64,000 nucleotides of DNA, taken from contig JBAZKO010000001.1 of the NCBI GenBank assembly GCA_041650775.1, positions 65,259 to 129,258 on the forward strand. Direction: 5' to 3'. Each line of letters starts with the position of its first letter. The stretch's first letter is position 1. Source of the stretch: Patescibacteria group bacterium (GTDB lineage: Bacteria; Patescibacteriota; Patescibacteriia; Patescibacteriales; UBA12465). Shown here in pieces: positions 28,449 through 38,028 of the stretch. The notes beneath the pieces are model-generated. The model was not told the origin of the DNA. It ran no database searches and saw nothing but the letters and a program-made list of their open reading frames with translations. A program made the translations under genes and the position numbers.

Positions 28449-28449
28449 T

Positions 28450-28881
28450 ATGTATATTTATCTTCTCTGCCCGATTGCGGCTTTTATTATCGCCCAGGGG
28501 ACGAAAGTGATTATCAGATCATTCCATCATAAGATTACCTGGCACGATTTTATCGCTTATTCGGATATGCCCTCCGGCCACACTTCAATTGTAGTTTCTC
28601 TGGTAATCATTCTAGGACTAAAACTGGGGTTAGGCGCGCCGGTCTTCGCGGCCGCTCTGGTCTTCGCGGCGATTGTCATCGTCGATGCCATCGGTTTAAG
28701 AAATTATCTGGGTCAGCACGGAAAAACTCTGAATATTTTGGTTAAAGATTTGAAGGAGGATGAATTCCTGGATCGCAGTTATCCGCAACTGCTTGAGCGC
28801 ATCGGCCATACGCCTCTCCAGGTTCTGGTCGGCGCTCTGGTCGGCGCTCTGACCAGTCTTATCGGTTATCTATTATTTTAA
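28450..28881 (+). CDS. divergent PAP2 family membrane protein (acid phosphatase/vanadium-haloperoxidase-related)
   Basis: 4 TM with a PSGHT motif. Starts 2 bp after gyrB. Confidence 0.55.
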   Translation: MYIYLLCPIAAFIIAQGTKVIIRSFHHKITWHDFIAYSDMPSGHTSIVVSLVIILGLKLGLGAPVFAAALVFAAIVIVDAIGLRNYLGQHGKTLNILVKDLKEDEFLDRSYPQLLERIGHTPLQVLVGALVGALTSLIGYLLF

Positions 28882-28902
28882 AACGAAACAATAAAAAATA
28901 AT

Positions 28903-28940
28903 TAAAAAAATACCGGATATTCTTCCGGTATTTTATTTTT
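28903..28940. terminator. bidirectional terminator between convergent PAP2 and PGM-like genes
   Basis: aaaaaaATACCGGAtattctTCCGGTATtttattttt. Confidence 0.55.
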
Positions 28941-29847
28941 CAATCAGGCTGTTTCCCGTCATCTCCGGCGGTTGCTTAAGACCCATGATCCGTAAAATCG
29001 TCGGCGCTAAATCGGCTAACGTTCCGGCCGGAGCCAATAAGCTTAAATCGTTATCAAGCGGATCAGTCAGACCGATAGTCTTCCCTTTAAATTCTTCGCC
29101 GATAATCAAGATCGGCACGGGATTATCGGTCATATCTTTATCAATTATTTCTGTTCCGGGAACACCCATTTTCTCGGCATTGCCGCAAGCGGCGGAAATA
29201 ATCAAGACGCCTTTTTTGGCGGTCATAGCTGTCAAAATCTTTTTTAAATCCTGATCGATAGTTTCCATCGCTTTTTTCACTAATGTCCAATCACCACCCG
29301 CCGCCACTAAATCCAGATAAGGAATCGCCGCAATAAGAAAATCAGCCGGGTCGTCGCGATTTATTTCCTTGATTATCGCCGCAATCGTCCGCTTCAAAGC
29401 CAGAGACGGCTTATTCGTATGGTCGCCCGCCTCAGAAGAAATTATTTCCCAGGCTTCGCGGGCGGCTTTATCTTCCCGATGTCCGTTAAAAAAGTGAGTT
29501 AAAGCGGCAAATCTTTCAGTCTCAGCAATTTTCGTTTGTTTTAAACCAGCCTGAGATAAAATAGCCGTTAAAGTCACGGCAGGAACGGTATTTTCAGCGG
29601 CGATTTCTTGCCCAGCGCCCAAAGTCAGATAGCGGGCGTTAAGAGTTTTATTATCTCCAGCGGCCAGTAGTGCCGTCGGGTATTCTTTGATTAAATTCAG
29701 CCAAGTCGGAGTTTTGGCGGCGGCAATAGCATTCGCTTCGCTAGGGGAGGCAACACCCAAACCGTCCAACAAAAGCAAAACTACCGGCTTAGGCCGGTTA
29801 AGTGGGGGCTCCGAGTTTTGATTTTCATTTAAGGAATTTACAATCAT
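28933..29847 (-). CDS. alkaline-phosphatase-superfamily metalloenzyme, short phosphoglycerate-mutase-like protein (304 aa)
   Basis: N-terminal PVVLLLLDGLGVA resembles the iPGM/phosphopentomutase metal-site motif. Sits where gpmI is expected in the pgk-eno operon (4-bp overlap with eno). Far shorter than canonical GpmI. Confidence 0.45.
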   Translation of the reverse strand: MIVNSLNENQNSEPPLNRPKPVVLLLLDGLGVASPSEANAIAAAKTPTWLNLIKEYPTALLAAGDNKTLNARYLTLGAGQEIAAENTVPAVTLTAILSQAGLKQTKIAETERFAALTHFFNGHREDKAAREAWEIISSEAGDHTNKPSLALKRTIAAIIKEINRDDPADFLIAAIPYLDLVAAGGDWTLVKKAMETIDQDLKKILTAMTAKKGVLIISAACGNAEKMGVPGTEIIDKDMTDNPVPILIIGEEFKGKTIGLTDPLDNDLSLLAPAGTLADLAPTILRIMGLKQPPEMTGNSLIEK

Positions 29848-31091
29848 AAAAGAGTTTCTATCTCCATCAGTCGATTATATTTCGCCAGCCTTTCACCGCG
29901 CGACAAGGAACCGGCTTTTAGATAATCCGCACCGCTAGCGACCGCCAAATCAACAATGAAATCATCAGTAGTTTCGCCACTGCGATGCGAAACGATAACC
30001 TTATAATTATGTTTCTGCGCTAATTTTATACAATCCACGGTTTCCGTCAAGGTGCCGACTTGGTTTGGTTTAATAATAATGGCGTTGGCCGCTTTCTCTT
30101 TTAAACCGATACGCAGACGATCGGAATTGGTAACGAACAAATCGTCGCCGACGATTAGCATCTTACTTCCCAATTCCGCGGTTAACTCCCGCCAATCCGC
30201 CCACTCATCTTCAGCTAAGCCGTCTTCCAGATAAAAAAACGGATATTTTTTCAACCATTCATTATATAAACTAATCAGGTTGGCCGGGTTGAAATACATA
30301 TTATCCAGAGAAAAGAGATATTTCTTCGTCGCTTCTTCGTAGAGAACCGACGAACCGACATCAACTCCTAGGCGTAAATCCTCGCCCGGCTTATAGCCGG
30401 CTCGAATGGCCGCGGCCAGGATGAATTCAATCGCTTCGATGCTCGAATCCAAATCCGGGGCATAACCGCCTTCCGCGCCGGTGTCAGTATCATATCCGGA
30501 TTCTTTCAAAACTTTAGCCAGTTCATGAAAAATTTCCGCGCCCATTCTAACCATTTCCGCGGCGCTATTCTTTTTCGGAATGATTAAAAATTCTTGAAAA
30601 TCCAAATTGGTGTCGGCGTGTTTGCCGCCGTTGAAAATATTGAAAAGAGGAACCGGAATCTTCGGCGCCAAAAAAGAAAAACTCTCTCCCAAATAGACAA
30701 ATAATTCCTGCTTCTGGCTAGCGGCCGCGAGACGCGCGCAAGCCAAAGAAACAGCCAGAGTCGCGTTGGCTCCTAAATTTTTCTTGTTCTCACTGCCATC
30801 CAGATTAATTAATATTTTATCGATGGTCGCCTGATCGGTTATTTTTTGACCAATCAATTTCGGCGCGATTATTTCTTTTATTTTTTTGACCGCTTTCAGA
30901 ACCCCCTGCCCGCCATAGCGTTTCGCGTCGCTGTCGCGCAATTCCACCGCTTCATGGCGACCAGTGGAAGCGCCGCTGGGAACGCTCGCTTTAGCGCTCT
31001 GGCCATTGTCCAGGAAAACCAGCGCTTCCACGGTCGGATTGCCGCGCGAATCCAGAATTTCTCGGGCGACGATATTTTTTATTTTAGACAT
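29844..31091 (-). CDS. eno: enolase (phosphopyruvate hydratase)
   Basis: MSKIKNIVAREILDSRGNPTVE N-terminus, SHRSGETED-like SHRSGETTD, KxNQIGT-like KPNQVGTLTE. Confidence 0.95.
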   Translation of the reverse strand: MSKIKNIVAREILDSRGNPTVEALVFLDNGQSAKASVPSGASTGRHEAVELRDSDAKRYGGQGVLKAVKKIKEIIAPKLIGQKITDQATIDKILINLDGSENKKNLGANATLAVSLACARLAAASQKQELFVYLGESFSFLAPKIPVPLFNIFNGGKHADTNLDFQEFLIIPKKNSAAEMVRMGAEIFHELAKVLKESGYDTDTGAEGGYAPDLDSSIEAIEFILAAAIRAGYKPGEDLRLGVDVGSSVLYEEATKKYLFSLDNMYFNPANLISLYNEWLKKYPFFYLEDGLAEDEWADWRELTAELGSKMLIVGDDLFVTNSDRLRIGLKEKAANAIIIKPNQVGTLTETVDCIKLAQKHNYKVIVSHRSGETTDDFIVDLAVASGADYLKAGSLSRGERLAKYNRLMEIETLL

Positions 31092-31103
31092 AAAAATAAT
31101 CTT

Positions 31104-32279
31104 TTAATTTTTAATTATTCCTTTCAGCCCCGGAAGCTTATCGCCACCGAGATAAGAAAGCATCGCTCCGCCGGCCGTGGAAATCCAATCGACGTATTCG
31201 GCCATTTTGGTTAATTTTAAAGCTTCGACGGTTTCGCCGCCGCCGACGACGCCATAAGCGCGACCGGAAGAACGAGAAGCGATCAGACGGGCGATTGCCA
31301 AGGTACCGTGTTTAAAACTGTTCTCTTCAAATTTTCCGAACGGGCCGTTCCAAACGAGGGTCTGCGCTTTTTTGATATAATCCGCGTATAAAGAAATCGT
31401 CTTCGGACCGATATCCAAAATTTTCTCGGTCGATTTGACGGCCGCTGGCGCCTTAACGCGCGCTTCGCCGCCGGCGGTCTTAACTACGACATCTGGCGGT
31501 AAAATTATTTTCGGAACCAATTTTTTTCCTTTATAAAATTTAGCGATACTGGCCGCGCTCCCCTTGTCGACCAAAGACTTTCCTGTTTCCCATTTCTGAA
31601 AACTAAAAAAATTATTGGCCAAAGCGCCGCCGATCAGAATCTGGCTGGCGGCCGGATATAATTTAGAGATTAAAGGCGCCTTCGTCGCGACTTTCGCTCC
31701 GCCCATTATAACCACCAACGGTTTGCGCGGTTTTAAAACTTTATTGAGCGCGCCGATTTCCTGTTCCAATAATAAACCGGCGTAAGACGGTAAATATTTT
31801 TTAATGGCTGAAACCGAAGCTTGCGCGCGGTGGCAGACGGCAAAAGCGTCATTAACATAGATATCGGCCGGAGCGGCTAAGGCTTTGGCAAAAACGGCGT
31901 CGTTAGCATATTCGCCCGGATAAAATCGTAAATTTTCCAGCATCAATACTTCGCCCGGCTTAATTTTTTTAGCGGCCGCCAACACCTTCGGACCGATTGC
32001 TTCCGGAGAAAACTTCACCGGCCGCTTCAATAAAGTTTTAAGACGCGCCGCCAGCGGCTTGGTCGAAAGAGCCGGTTGGCGACCGGAGGGTTCGCCCAGA
32101 TGAGTAGCTACCAGCAAACGCGCGCCCCGGGCCAATAAAAATTCTAAACTGGCGAGCCCGGCCCGAATCTTGTAATCTTCCTTGATCTTTCCGGCGGCGA
32201 GCGGGACGTTAAAATCAACTCGCAAAAAAACCGTTTGCTGATCTAATTTTTTAAATTTTCTAATCGAACTTATTTTCAT
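31104..32279 (-). CDS. pgk: phosphoglycerate kinase
   Basis: RVDFNVPL N-terminal motif, GGGA/GGA nucleotide-binding motifs, and the expected length. Confidence 0.95.
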   Translation of the reverse strand: MKISSIRKFKKLDQQTVFLRVDFNVPLAAGKIKEDYKIRAGLASLEFLLARGARLLVATHLGEPSGRQPALSTKPLAARLKTLLKRPVKFSPEAIGPKVLAAAKKIKPGEVLMLENLRFYPGEYANDAVFAKALAAPADIYVNDAFAVCHRAQASVSAIKKYLPSYAGLLLEQEIGALNKVLKPRKPLVVIMGGAKVATKAPLISKLYPAASQILIGGALANNFFSFQKWETGKSLVDKGSAASIAKFYKGKKLVPKIILPPDVVVKTAGGEARVKAPAAVKSTEKILDIGPKTISLYADYIKKAQTLVWNGPFGKFEENSFKHGTLAIARLIASRSSGRAYGVVGGGETVEALKLTKMAEYVDWISTAGGAMLSYLGGDKLPGLKGIIKN

Positions 32280-32296
32280 ATTTCAGTCTATCTCTT

Positions 32297-33448
32297 TTAT
32301 TTCAGTTCTCCCAACTTTAACTCCAGATCTTTCTCCACCCCGGCGCGCAAATAAGTAAGAGTAATTTTATCACCGGCGTTATAAGCGGACAGGACATCGG
32401 CTAAATCGTTACCGACACCGATTTCCTGATTATTAACCCAGGTGATGACGTCACCGGCTTTAAGCCCGGCGATTTGCGCCGGACTATTTTTAACGACGGC
32501 CGGTTGAGTATCGGTCGGATAAAGCCAAGCACCCTTGTTCAGATTTAACGCCGCGGTCTTCACCACGCTTAAATCCAAATAATTGAGTCCAAGAAACGGA
32601 CGAGCGGGCTGATCTTTTTTTAAGAGCGATTGCCAAAAATAATTATAAGAAAAAGCCGGAATAATTTCTTTATCGGCGGCGATGATGGCCGTCAAATCTC
32701 CGGCCAAGTTAAAGACGAAAGAACTTTTAAAATTATTTTCCGCCGCGCCGGCCAAATCCAGACGAGCGTTCAAATAATCACTGCTTAAGACCGCCGGGGT
32801 CTTAGTTAAGGAGGTTAAAGTTGTCGGCCGGACAGAGTTAAGGTTATTAATCACCAACAGGGTCTCCCCTAAAGAAAGTTCCGAACGGGAAACAATTTTT
32901 TTAACCGGTAAATTAGCCGCGCCGGCTAAATGAAAAACCAGGAGATTGCCGGGCAGGCCCTTGAAATTGGCCAGCTGATCGATTTCATAAAGTTGCCGGT
33001 CGTTACCGATAGCTACGTAATTTTTCGGGTTAAAAGCCGCTCTCAAATCAGCCGGAGCGGTCGCCACTACCCAACCGTCAGAGGTAATTATCAAACCGAT
33101 GAATAAAGGCTCATCTAATTTATAATAAGCTGCTTTTTCGACGCTAACCGCCGCGGAGCCGGTCTCTTTGAAGATGCCGACTAAAACCGGTCGGATATTA
33201 TTAATCGTTTCCGCTATCTTAACGTCTTGATTAACTACTACTTTTTTGGCGTCGCGAATCACCAAACCGGCACTGTTCGCGTCCAGATTGGACAGGTTGA
33301 CTTCGCCAGAGAGATAAGGGAAAGAAAAATCTTTTAAAATATAAACGCGGGTGACGATTTCTCCCAAAATTCCCGCGAAAAGACCGCAGACGACCGCGAG
33401 AGTAATCACGATCCAGAAACGCTTGCCGGACTGTAAAGAATTAGACAT
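32297..33448 (-). CDS. membrane-anchored PDZ-domain protein, HtrA-like layout without an evident Ser-protease triad
   Basis: N-terminal TM. C-terminal PDZ (PAQIAGLKAGDVITWVNNQEIGVGNDLADVL...GDKITLTYLRAG). I could find no GNSGGPL/TNAHV motifs. Confidence 0.5.
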   Translation of the reverse strand: MSNSLQSGKRFWIVITLAVVCGLFAGILGEIVTRVYILKDFSFPYLSGEVNLSNLDANSAGLVIRDAKKVVVNQDVKIAETINNIRPVLVGIFKETGSAAVSVEKAAYYKLDEPLFIGLIITSDGWVVATAPADLRAAFNPKNYVAIGNDRQLYEIDQLANFKGLPGNLLVFHLAGAANLPVKKIVSRSELSLGETLLVINNLNSVRPTTLTSLTKTPAVLSSDYLNARLDLAGAAENNFKSSFVFNLAGDLTAIIAADKEIIPAFSYNYFWQSLLKKDQPARPFLGLNYLDLSVVKTAALNLNKGAWLYPTDTQPAVVKNSPAQIAGLKAGDVITWVNNQEIGVGNDLADVLSAYNAGDKITLTYLRAGVEKDLELKLGELK

Positions 33449-33478
33449 AAATTATCAAATTAAACATAAAAACGCCGA

Positions 33479-34237
33479 CTAAAGCCAGCGCGCCGTCAAA
33501 AGTAAAACTAAAACGGCGATTGCGCTTAAAATTAAGGGGAGCTTTAAAGCGGAAAAAACCAAGCCGCCGCGCGAATCCAAGCGAACAATCAGGATTGATA
33601 AATAATAAGCGATAGCCAGAAAAAACGCTAATAAGTTGAAGCTTAACGGCAGGAGAGAAAAGACCCAGGCTAATTCCGTCAGAATCATGACCATGATGAA
33701 GAGCAAATTGCCGGACGGATGCCAACCGACCTTAAGAGGAAAAAATTGAATCAGAAGCAACCAGGCAATCGGGACAAAGATTGAAAGTGTCGCTATCAGC
33801 GGCCAATTTAAAAAAGTCGGCAGACCGAACAGAACGCCGGCGGCCGCGAAAATCGTCAAAAAACCGCCGCCCGAGAGCAAACTGTCCAGTTTATCCGCCC
33901 GTTCCGGCACGCTGTAAGTGGAATAATAGTATAAGTTCTTAAAGTAAGAAAAAAGGAACCAAGCGACCAGCAAAAAAATCAACTGGATCCAAAAACGACC
34001 GACAATCATCGTGGCGTAAGTGGAAAAACTTAAAAAAAACAAAACCGGAGAAATTATAAATGGCGGCCAATCTCCGGCCGCATTCTGACGAACGATGGAA
34101 CGCACGCTTAAGGTTATCAAGAGAACGCCCAGAGCCAAAGCGGAATAAAAAAACGGCGGTTCAAGCAAAAAGGCCTGGCTCAGAAACCAAACGATGAGCG
34201 GTATGACCAAAGGAATAAATCGACGATATTTTTTCAT
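33479..34237 (-). CDS. hypothetical polytopic membrane protein (about 8 TM)
   Basis: Hydrophobicity pattern only. Confidence 0.4.
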   Translation of the reverse strand: MKKYRRFIPLVIPLIVWFLSQAFLLEPPFFYSALALGVLLITLSVRSIVRQNAAGDWPPFIISPVLFFLSFSTYATMIVGRFWIQLIFLLVAWFLFSYFKNLYYYSTYSVPERADKLDSLLSGGGFLTIFAAAGVLFGLPTFLNWPLIATLSIFVPIAWLLLIQFFPLKVGWHPSGNLLFIMVMILTELAWVFSLLPLSFNLLAFFLAIAYYLSILIVRLDSRGGLVFSALKLPLILSAIAVLVLLLTARWL

Positions 34238-34243
34238 AATTTA

Positions 34244-36673
34244 TTATTGGGGCAAAGTAGAGGTTGCCGCCGGAACGGCGACAACCGCCGGCGCACCGCC
34301 GTCAAAAACCGACGTAGTCGAACCCGTTTCGCTGGTGGTAGCCGCGCCTTCGATTAGGCCGGTCTCCGGTAACGGCGGCTCCGGAGAAACGATATCTCCG
34401 GCGGACGGCTCGGCTGAACCGGATGCTGACGGCATGGGCGTAATAATATAATCATCTCCTCCGGCCGTCAACTCCAGACTTTTTACTTCGCCTAAAGTTG
34501 CCAGATCATTAATTTTCAAAAATTTATTAGAAAAAGTTATCAAACTGTCATTAATATAAAGACTGCGCTTAACCGTATTATCATAATAGTTGAAACCACC
34601 CCAAGAATCGGATTGACTAAAATGACCAGCGGCGGAATGATCAATTTTTCCTTTCAGAGAAAAACTATCGTTATTAATGGTAAAAACTAAGGCGCCGGCG
34701 AAAGCCAAACGGCCGTTATCGCGCAAAACGGCGGGAATGGAAAGTAAATTTTTCTCGGCCGAGTATAAAAAAGCTTTATGGTCGGAAAGAGCGATGGAAT
34801 CGCTGTCAACGCCAAGCAGATAACTATCCGCTTCTTTTGGCTTGCTTAAATCGGTAAAATCAAATAAAGATAATTTCAAGCCTTTGACCTTTACGCCGCC
34901 GTCCGCCGTTTCTTCGACGTCGCGTCCGAGGCCGATTAATTTATTGCCATCCTTGTCGATTGGATGGAGATAATTGGAAAAACCGGGAATTTTTATCGCT
35001 CCCAAAACCGCCGGTTTAGCCGGATCTTTCAAACTGATGACGAATAAAGGATCGGTCTGCTTAAAAGTCACCAGATACGCGCGATCGCCGATGAAGCGGG
35101 CGGCGTAAATTTTTTCCGTCGTCGCCAGATTTTCCAGACTACCGAGCGGTTTCAGATTAGCGTCTAAAACATAAATATTACTGTAAGAGTCTTTCGCCTG
35201 GTCGTCTAAACGCGACCAAGTCTGGTTTTTAGTCGTCGCCAAACGCAGGTTTCCGCCGTTTTCGTCGAGAGAAAATTGGTTTAAAATTTGACCGTTAACT
35301 TCACCCATCGCCCGATATTCGATTTTATTGCCATTAATCGCAATCTTATGGATAACGGTCTTCTCCAGCTCTTTTTCTTTTTCAACTAATTTCTGTTTAA
35401 GTTTTTCGTCTATTTCCGTGCCAAACGCCGTCTGTTCAACGTCGCTTAAAGAAGCGAGATAACGATCGATGATTTGCGCTATTTTATATTTCTTCTCATT
35501 ACTATTAAGAATAAAAAGCGGCGCGGCCTCTATTTTATTTACTTTATCCTGATCAGCGACGTCGAGTTTAGGGTAAACCAACTCCTTTTTCACCAGTTGT
35601 TCCAAATCATATTCGTTTAAATACTGAGTATAAGTGATATAAATGTTATTTTGAGAAACATAGAGATTCTGGCTATTATTCAAGAGATAAACCTGGCCGT
35701 TAATCGCTTCGGCGTTATTTTTAATATTGATAGCCGTGATGTTGGTAAAATTATAGGAGTCGTAAGGAATATCGAAGTAATAAACCTCCGGCGCAAAACA
35801 TTTCACGGCCGAGTCGCATTTGACGGAGAGGACCTGGCCATTTTCTAAAACTCGCGGCACGAGGGGCTCGTTAGCGAGGTAACTGCCGTAAGTATTGGTC
35901 AAGAAATAGACATAATCTCCTATCAGACGGGCATCATAATAGGAACCTTCGAAATCCAGGTCGCGTACCTGTTTCGGATTGGCCGGATCGGACAAATCAA
36001 AGACTTTGAAAAAAGAATAAACATTCTGACGCCGAAAAGTTTTATATAACGGCTGGGCATAAATCTGACTATCGGAACCGAAGACCGCCAAAAAATTACC
36101 GTTGATAAAAATATCCTGCGGCCGGGATTGAAAAGTTATTTTGCTGACCGCGGCCGCTTCCGCCGCCGGCGTCGCTTTGATAATCGACAATTCGTTCCTG
36201 ACCAGAGCGTAAATATAAATACCGTCCGTTTTAATAATATCCGCTTCGTCTACGCCCGCAACTTGATTATTGGTTTTAGAATAATCTAAAGAATTATTGG
36301 GTGTTGAACTGTCTCCGCTCGCCGTGGCGCTTTCCGATACGACCAAGCCGCTCGTATTCGCGGCTTGGGGAGCGGTGGCCGATAGAGTATTTTTGACGGC
36401 CGCTACGTCGACCGCGGTCTGCAAAGTACCGCGATTAAGACTACTTTCGGGGTTATTATTTTCAATTAAAAATTGGGATAACTCCTCATAATTATTAAAC
36501 TTTTTTAATTGATTGGTATTACTTACCGTCGGTGCGGTCGTGGTCGCTTCCGAAACGACCGGTTCCTGGATTAACGGCGCTGGCGCCGTCTGCTTCCACG
36601 GGAAAGTACAGCCACCCGCGAAAATAGCCAAAACCGATAAAACCAACGATAATTTTAAAATTCTTTTAAACAT
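34244..36673 (-). CDS. secreted beta-propeller-domain protein (PF09826-like, 809 aa)
   Basis: Signal peptide plus lipobox-like GGCT. Recurrent D-x-S-D-P-x-x-P blade motifs (VFDLSDPANPK, VISLKDPAKPAV, FDFTDLSKPKE). Ser/Thr/Pro-rich tail. Confidence 0.55.
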   Translation of the reverse strand: MFKRILKLSLVLSVLAIFAGGCTFPWKQTAPAPLIQEPVVSEATTTAPTVSNTNQLKKFNNYEELSQFLIENNNPESSLNRGTLQTAVDVAAVKNTLSATAPQAANTSGLVVSESATASGDSSTPNNSLDYSKTNNQVAGVDEADIIKTDGIYIYALVRNELSIIKATPAAEAAAVSKITFQSRPQDIFINGNFLAVFGSDSQIYAQPLYKTFRRQNVYSFFKVFDLSDPANPKQVRDLDFEGSYYDARLIGDYVYFLTNTYGSYLANEPLVPRVLENGQVLSVKCDSAVKCFAPEVYYFDIPYDSYNFTNITAINIKNNAEAINGQVYLLNNSQNLYVSQNNIYITYTQYLNEYDLEQLVKKELVYPKLDVADQDKVNKIEAAPLFILNSNEKKYKIAQIIDRYLASLSDVEQTAFGTEIDEKLKQKLVEKEKELEKTVIHKIAINGNKIEYRAMGEVNGQILNQFSLDENGGNLRLATTKNQTWSRLDDQAKDSYSNIYVLDANLKPLGSLENLATTEKIYAARFIGDRAYLVTFKQTDPLFVISLKDPAKPAVLGAIKIPGFSNYLHPIDKDGNKLIGLGRDVEETADGGVKVKGLKLSLFDFTDLSKPKEADSYLLGVDSDSIALSDHKAFLYSAEKNLLSIPAVLRDNGRLAFAGALVFTINNDSFSLKGKIDHSAAGHFSQSDSWGGFNYYDNTVKRSLYINDSLITFSNKFLKINDLATLGEVKSLELTAGGDDYIITPMPSASGSAEPSAGDIVSPEPPLPETGLIEGAATTSETGSTTSVFDGGAPAVVAVPAATSTLPQ

Positions 36674-36724
36674 ATCCCAAAAATTAGTTTATTTTTAACT
36701 AAGGTAATTATAGCATAAATAAAG

Positions 36725-37444
36725 TCATTTGATAGTCACTTCCGTTCCGACCGCGACGCGGTCATAAAGATACTGCGCCGAACCGATGCCCAGACGGATA
36801 CAGCCGTGGGATACGGGTTTTCCCAGGTGATTGGTTCCTTCGCGATAGCCGTTCGGCCAGAGCGGCAGTTCATGGATACCAAAAGAACCGTCCTTAATTC
36901 CGAGCCAATACGGCATCCATAATTCATACTTATTGGACCAGGCCTTTTTACTTTTATTGACGATCTTAAAATTTCCTTTGGGTGTCGGCATGCTGGCTTT
37001 GCCGGTGGAAACCGTAAACTGCTTCCAAGGTTGGCCGTCCACGAGATAAATCAGCTTCTGATCTTTTAAATTCACTTCTATTTTCAGCGGTAATTTACTG
37101 GCAGCGCCAGTGGCCGGATCGAAAGCCCGGTCAATTTCTTCCCCGTCTTTATAACCATCGCCGTCGGTATCGGGATTCAAGGCGTCGGTTCCGAATTTCA
37201 ACTCCCAATAATCACTTAAGCCATCCTTATCCATATCGCTCTTTTCTATCTTTACTTTCTCTGGATTGAAAGGCGAATAACCACTGGCTAATTCCGCCGC
37301 GTCGCTATAACCGTCATCATCGGAATCGATAGTGAGTTCGGCCGCCAAAACCGCCGGAGCGAAAAATCCGTAAAAGAATATGAGAGCCAACAGAAAACCG
37401 CCAGACGAAAGTGCAAATTTAAATAAAGGCTGATATTGCTTCAT
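36725..37444 (-). CDS. L,D-transpeptidase (YkuD domain) with N-terminal thrombospondin-type-3-like Ca-binding repeats
   Basis: C-terminal catalytic HGCIRL motif. N-terminus has DSDDDGYSDAAE / DKDGLSDYWE / DTDGDGYKDGEE Asp-rich repeats. Confidence 0.8.
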   Translation of the reverse strand: MKQYQPLFKFALSSGGFLLALIFFYGFFAPAVLAAELTIDSDDDGYSDAAELASGYSPFNPEKVKIEKSDMDKDGLSDYWELKFGTDALNPDTDGDGYKDGEEIDRAFDPATGAASKLPLKIEVNLKDQKLIYLVDGQPWKQFTVSTGKASMPTPKGNFKIVNKSKKAWSNKYELWMPYWLGIKDGSFGIHELPLWPNGYREGTNHLGKPVSHGCIRLGIGSAQYLYDRVAVGTEVTIK

Positions 37445-37464
37445 CTTATTTATTCAGTTTATTA

Positions 37465-38028
37465 TCATGTCCTCTTATTATCGCGTCCTCCATCCTGTTG
37501 GATTGAATACTCACAACCGCAAAACTTTTGACGGTAAATCCCCAGCTCCTTAGCTAATTCCTGCGAACGACGATAACCGTCATCGGCTTGAAAATCATCA
37601 TCTAAAAAAACCAAACTGTTCGTTGTCGCCAAGCCGTGGCCGATGGCTTTAATCATCTCCGTATCCTTATAAGGACTAACCAGAAGAGTTGTACCGAATA
37701 AATCGAATCCTTTACTCCGGGCTAACTCGGCGGTTTTGACCAAACGATCGCGATAGCAAATCCGACAGCGATCGCCGCGTTCCCGATCCGCTTCACGCCC
37801 GTGTATTTTTTCCCGCCAGCTTTCATGGTTATAAGGCTCGACAAGCAAAGGCCAAGCGAATTTTTCCGCCAGCAATTTCACCGGCGCCAATCTTTTTTCA
37901 TACTCCGCGGCCGAATTTAAATTCGGATTATAAAAATACCAGGTCAAATCATAATTCGGCGCCAACCGGTCGCGGCTGATATAGGCGCCGCAAGGCGCGC
38001 AACAAACATGCAAAAGTAATTTTTTCAT
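37465..38028 (-). CDS. queH: epoxyqueuosine reductase QueH (DUF208)
   Basis: LLLHVCCAPCGAY N-terminal motif and conserved C-terminal Cys (CGCEYS). Confidence 0.8.
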   Translation of the reverse strand: MKKLLLHVCCAPCGAYISRDRLAPNYDLTWYFYNPNLNSAAEYEKRLAPVKLLAEKFAWPLLVEPYNHESWREKIHGREADRERGDRCRICYRDRLVKTAELARSKGFDLFGTTLLVSPYKDTEMIKAIGHGLATTNSLVFLDDDFQADDGYRRSQELAKELGIYRQKFCGCEYSIQQDGGRDNKRT

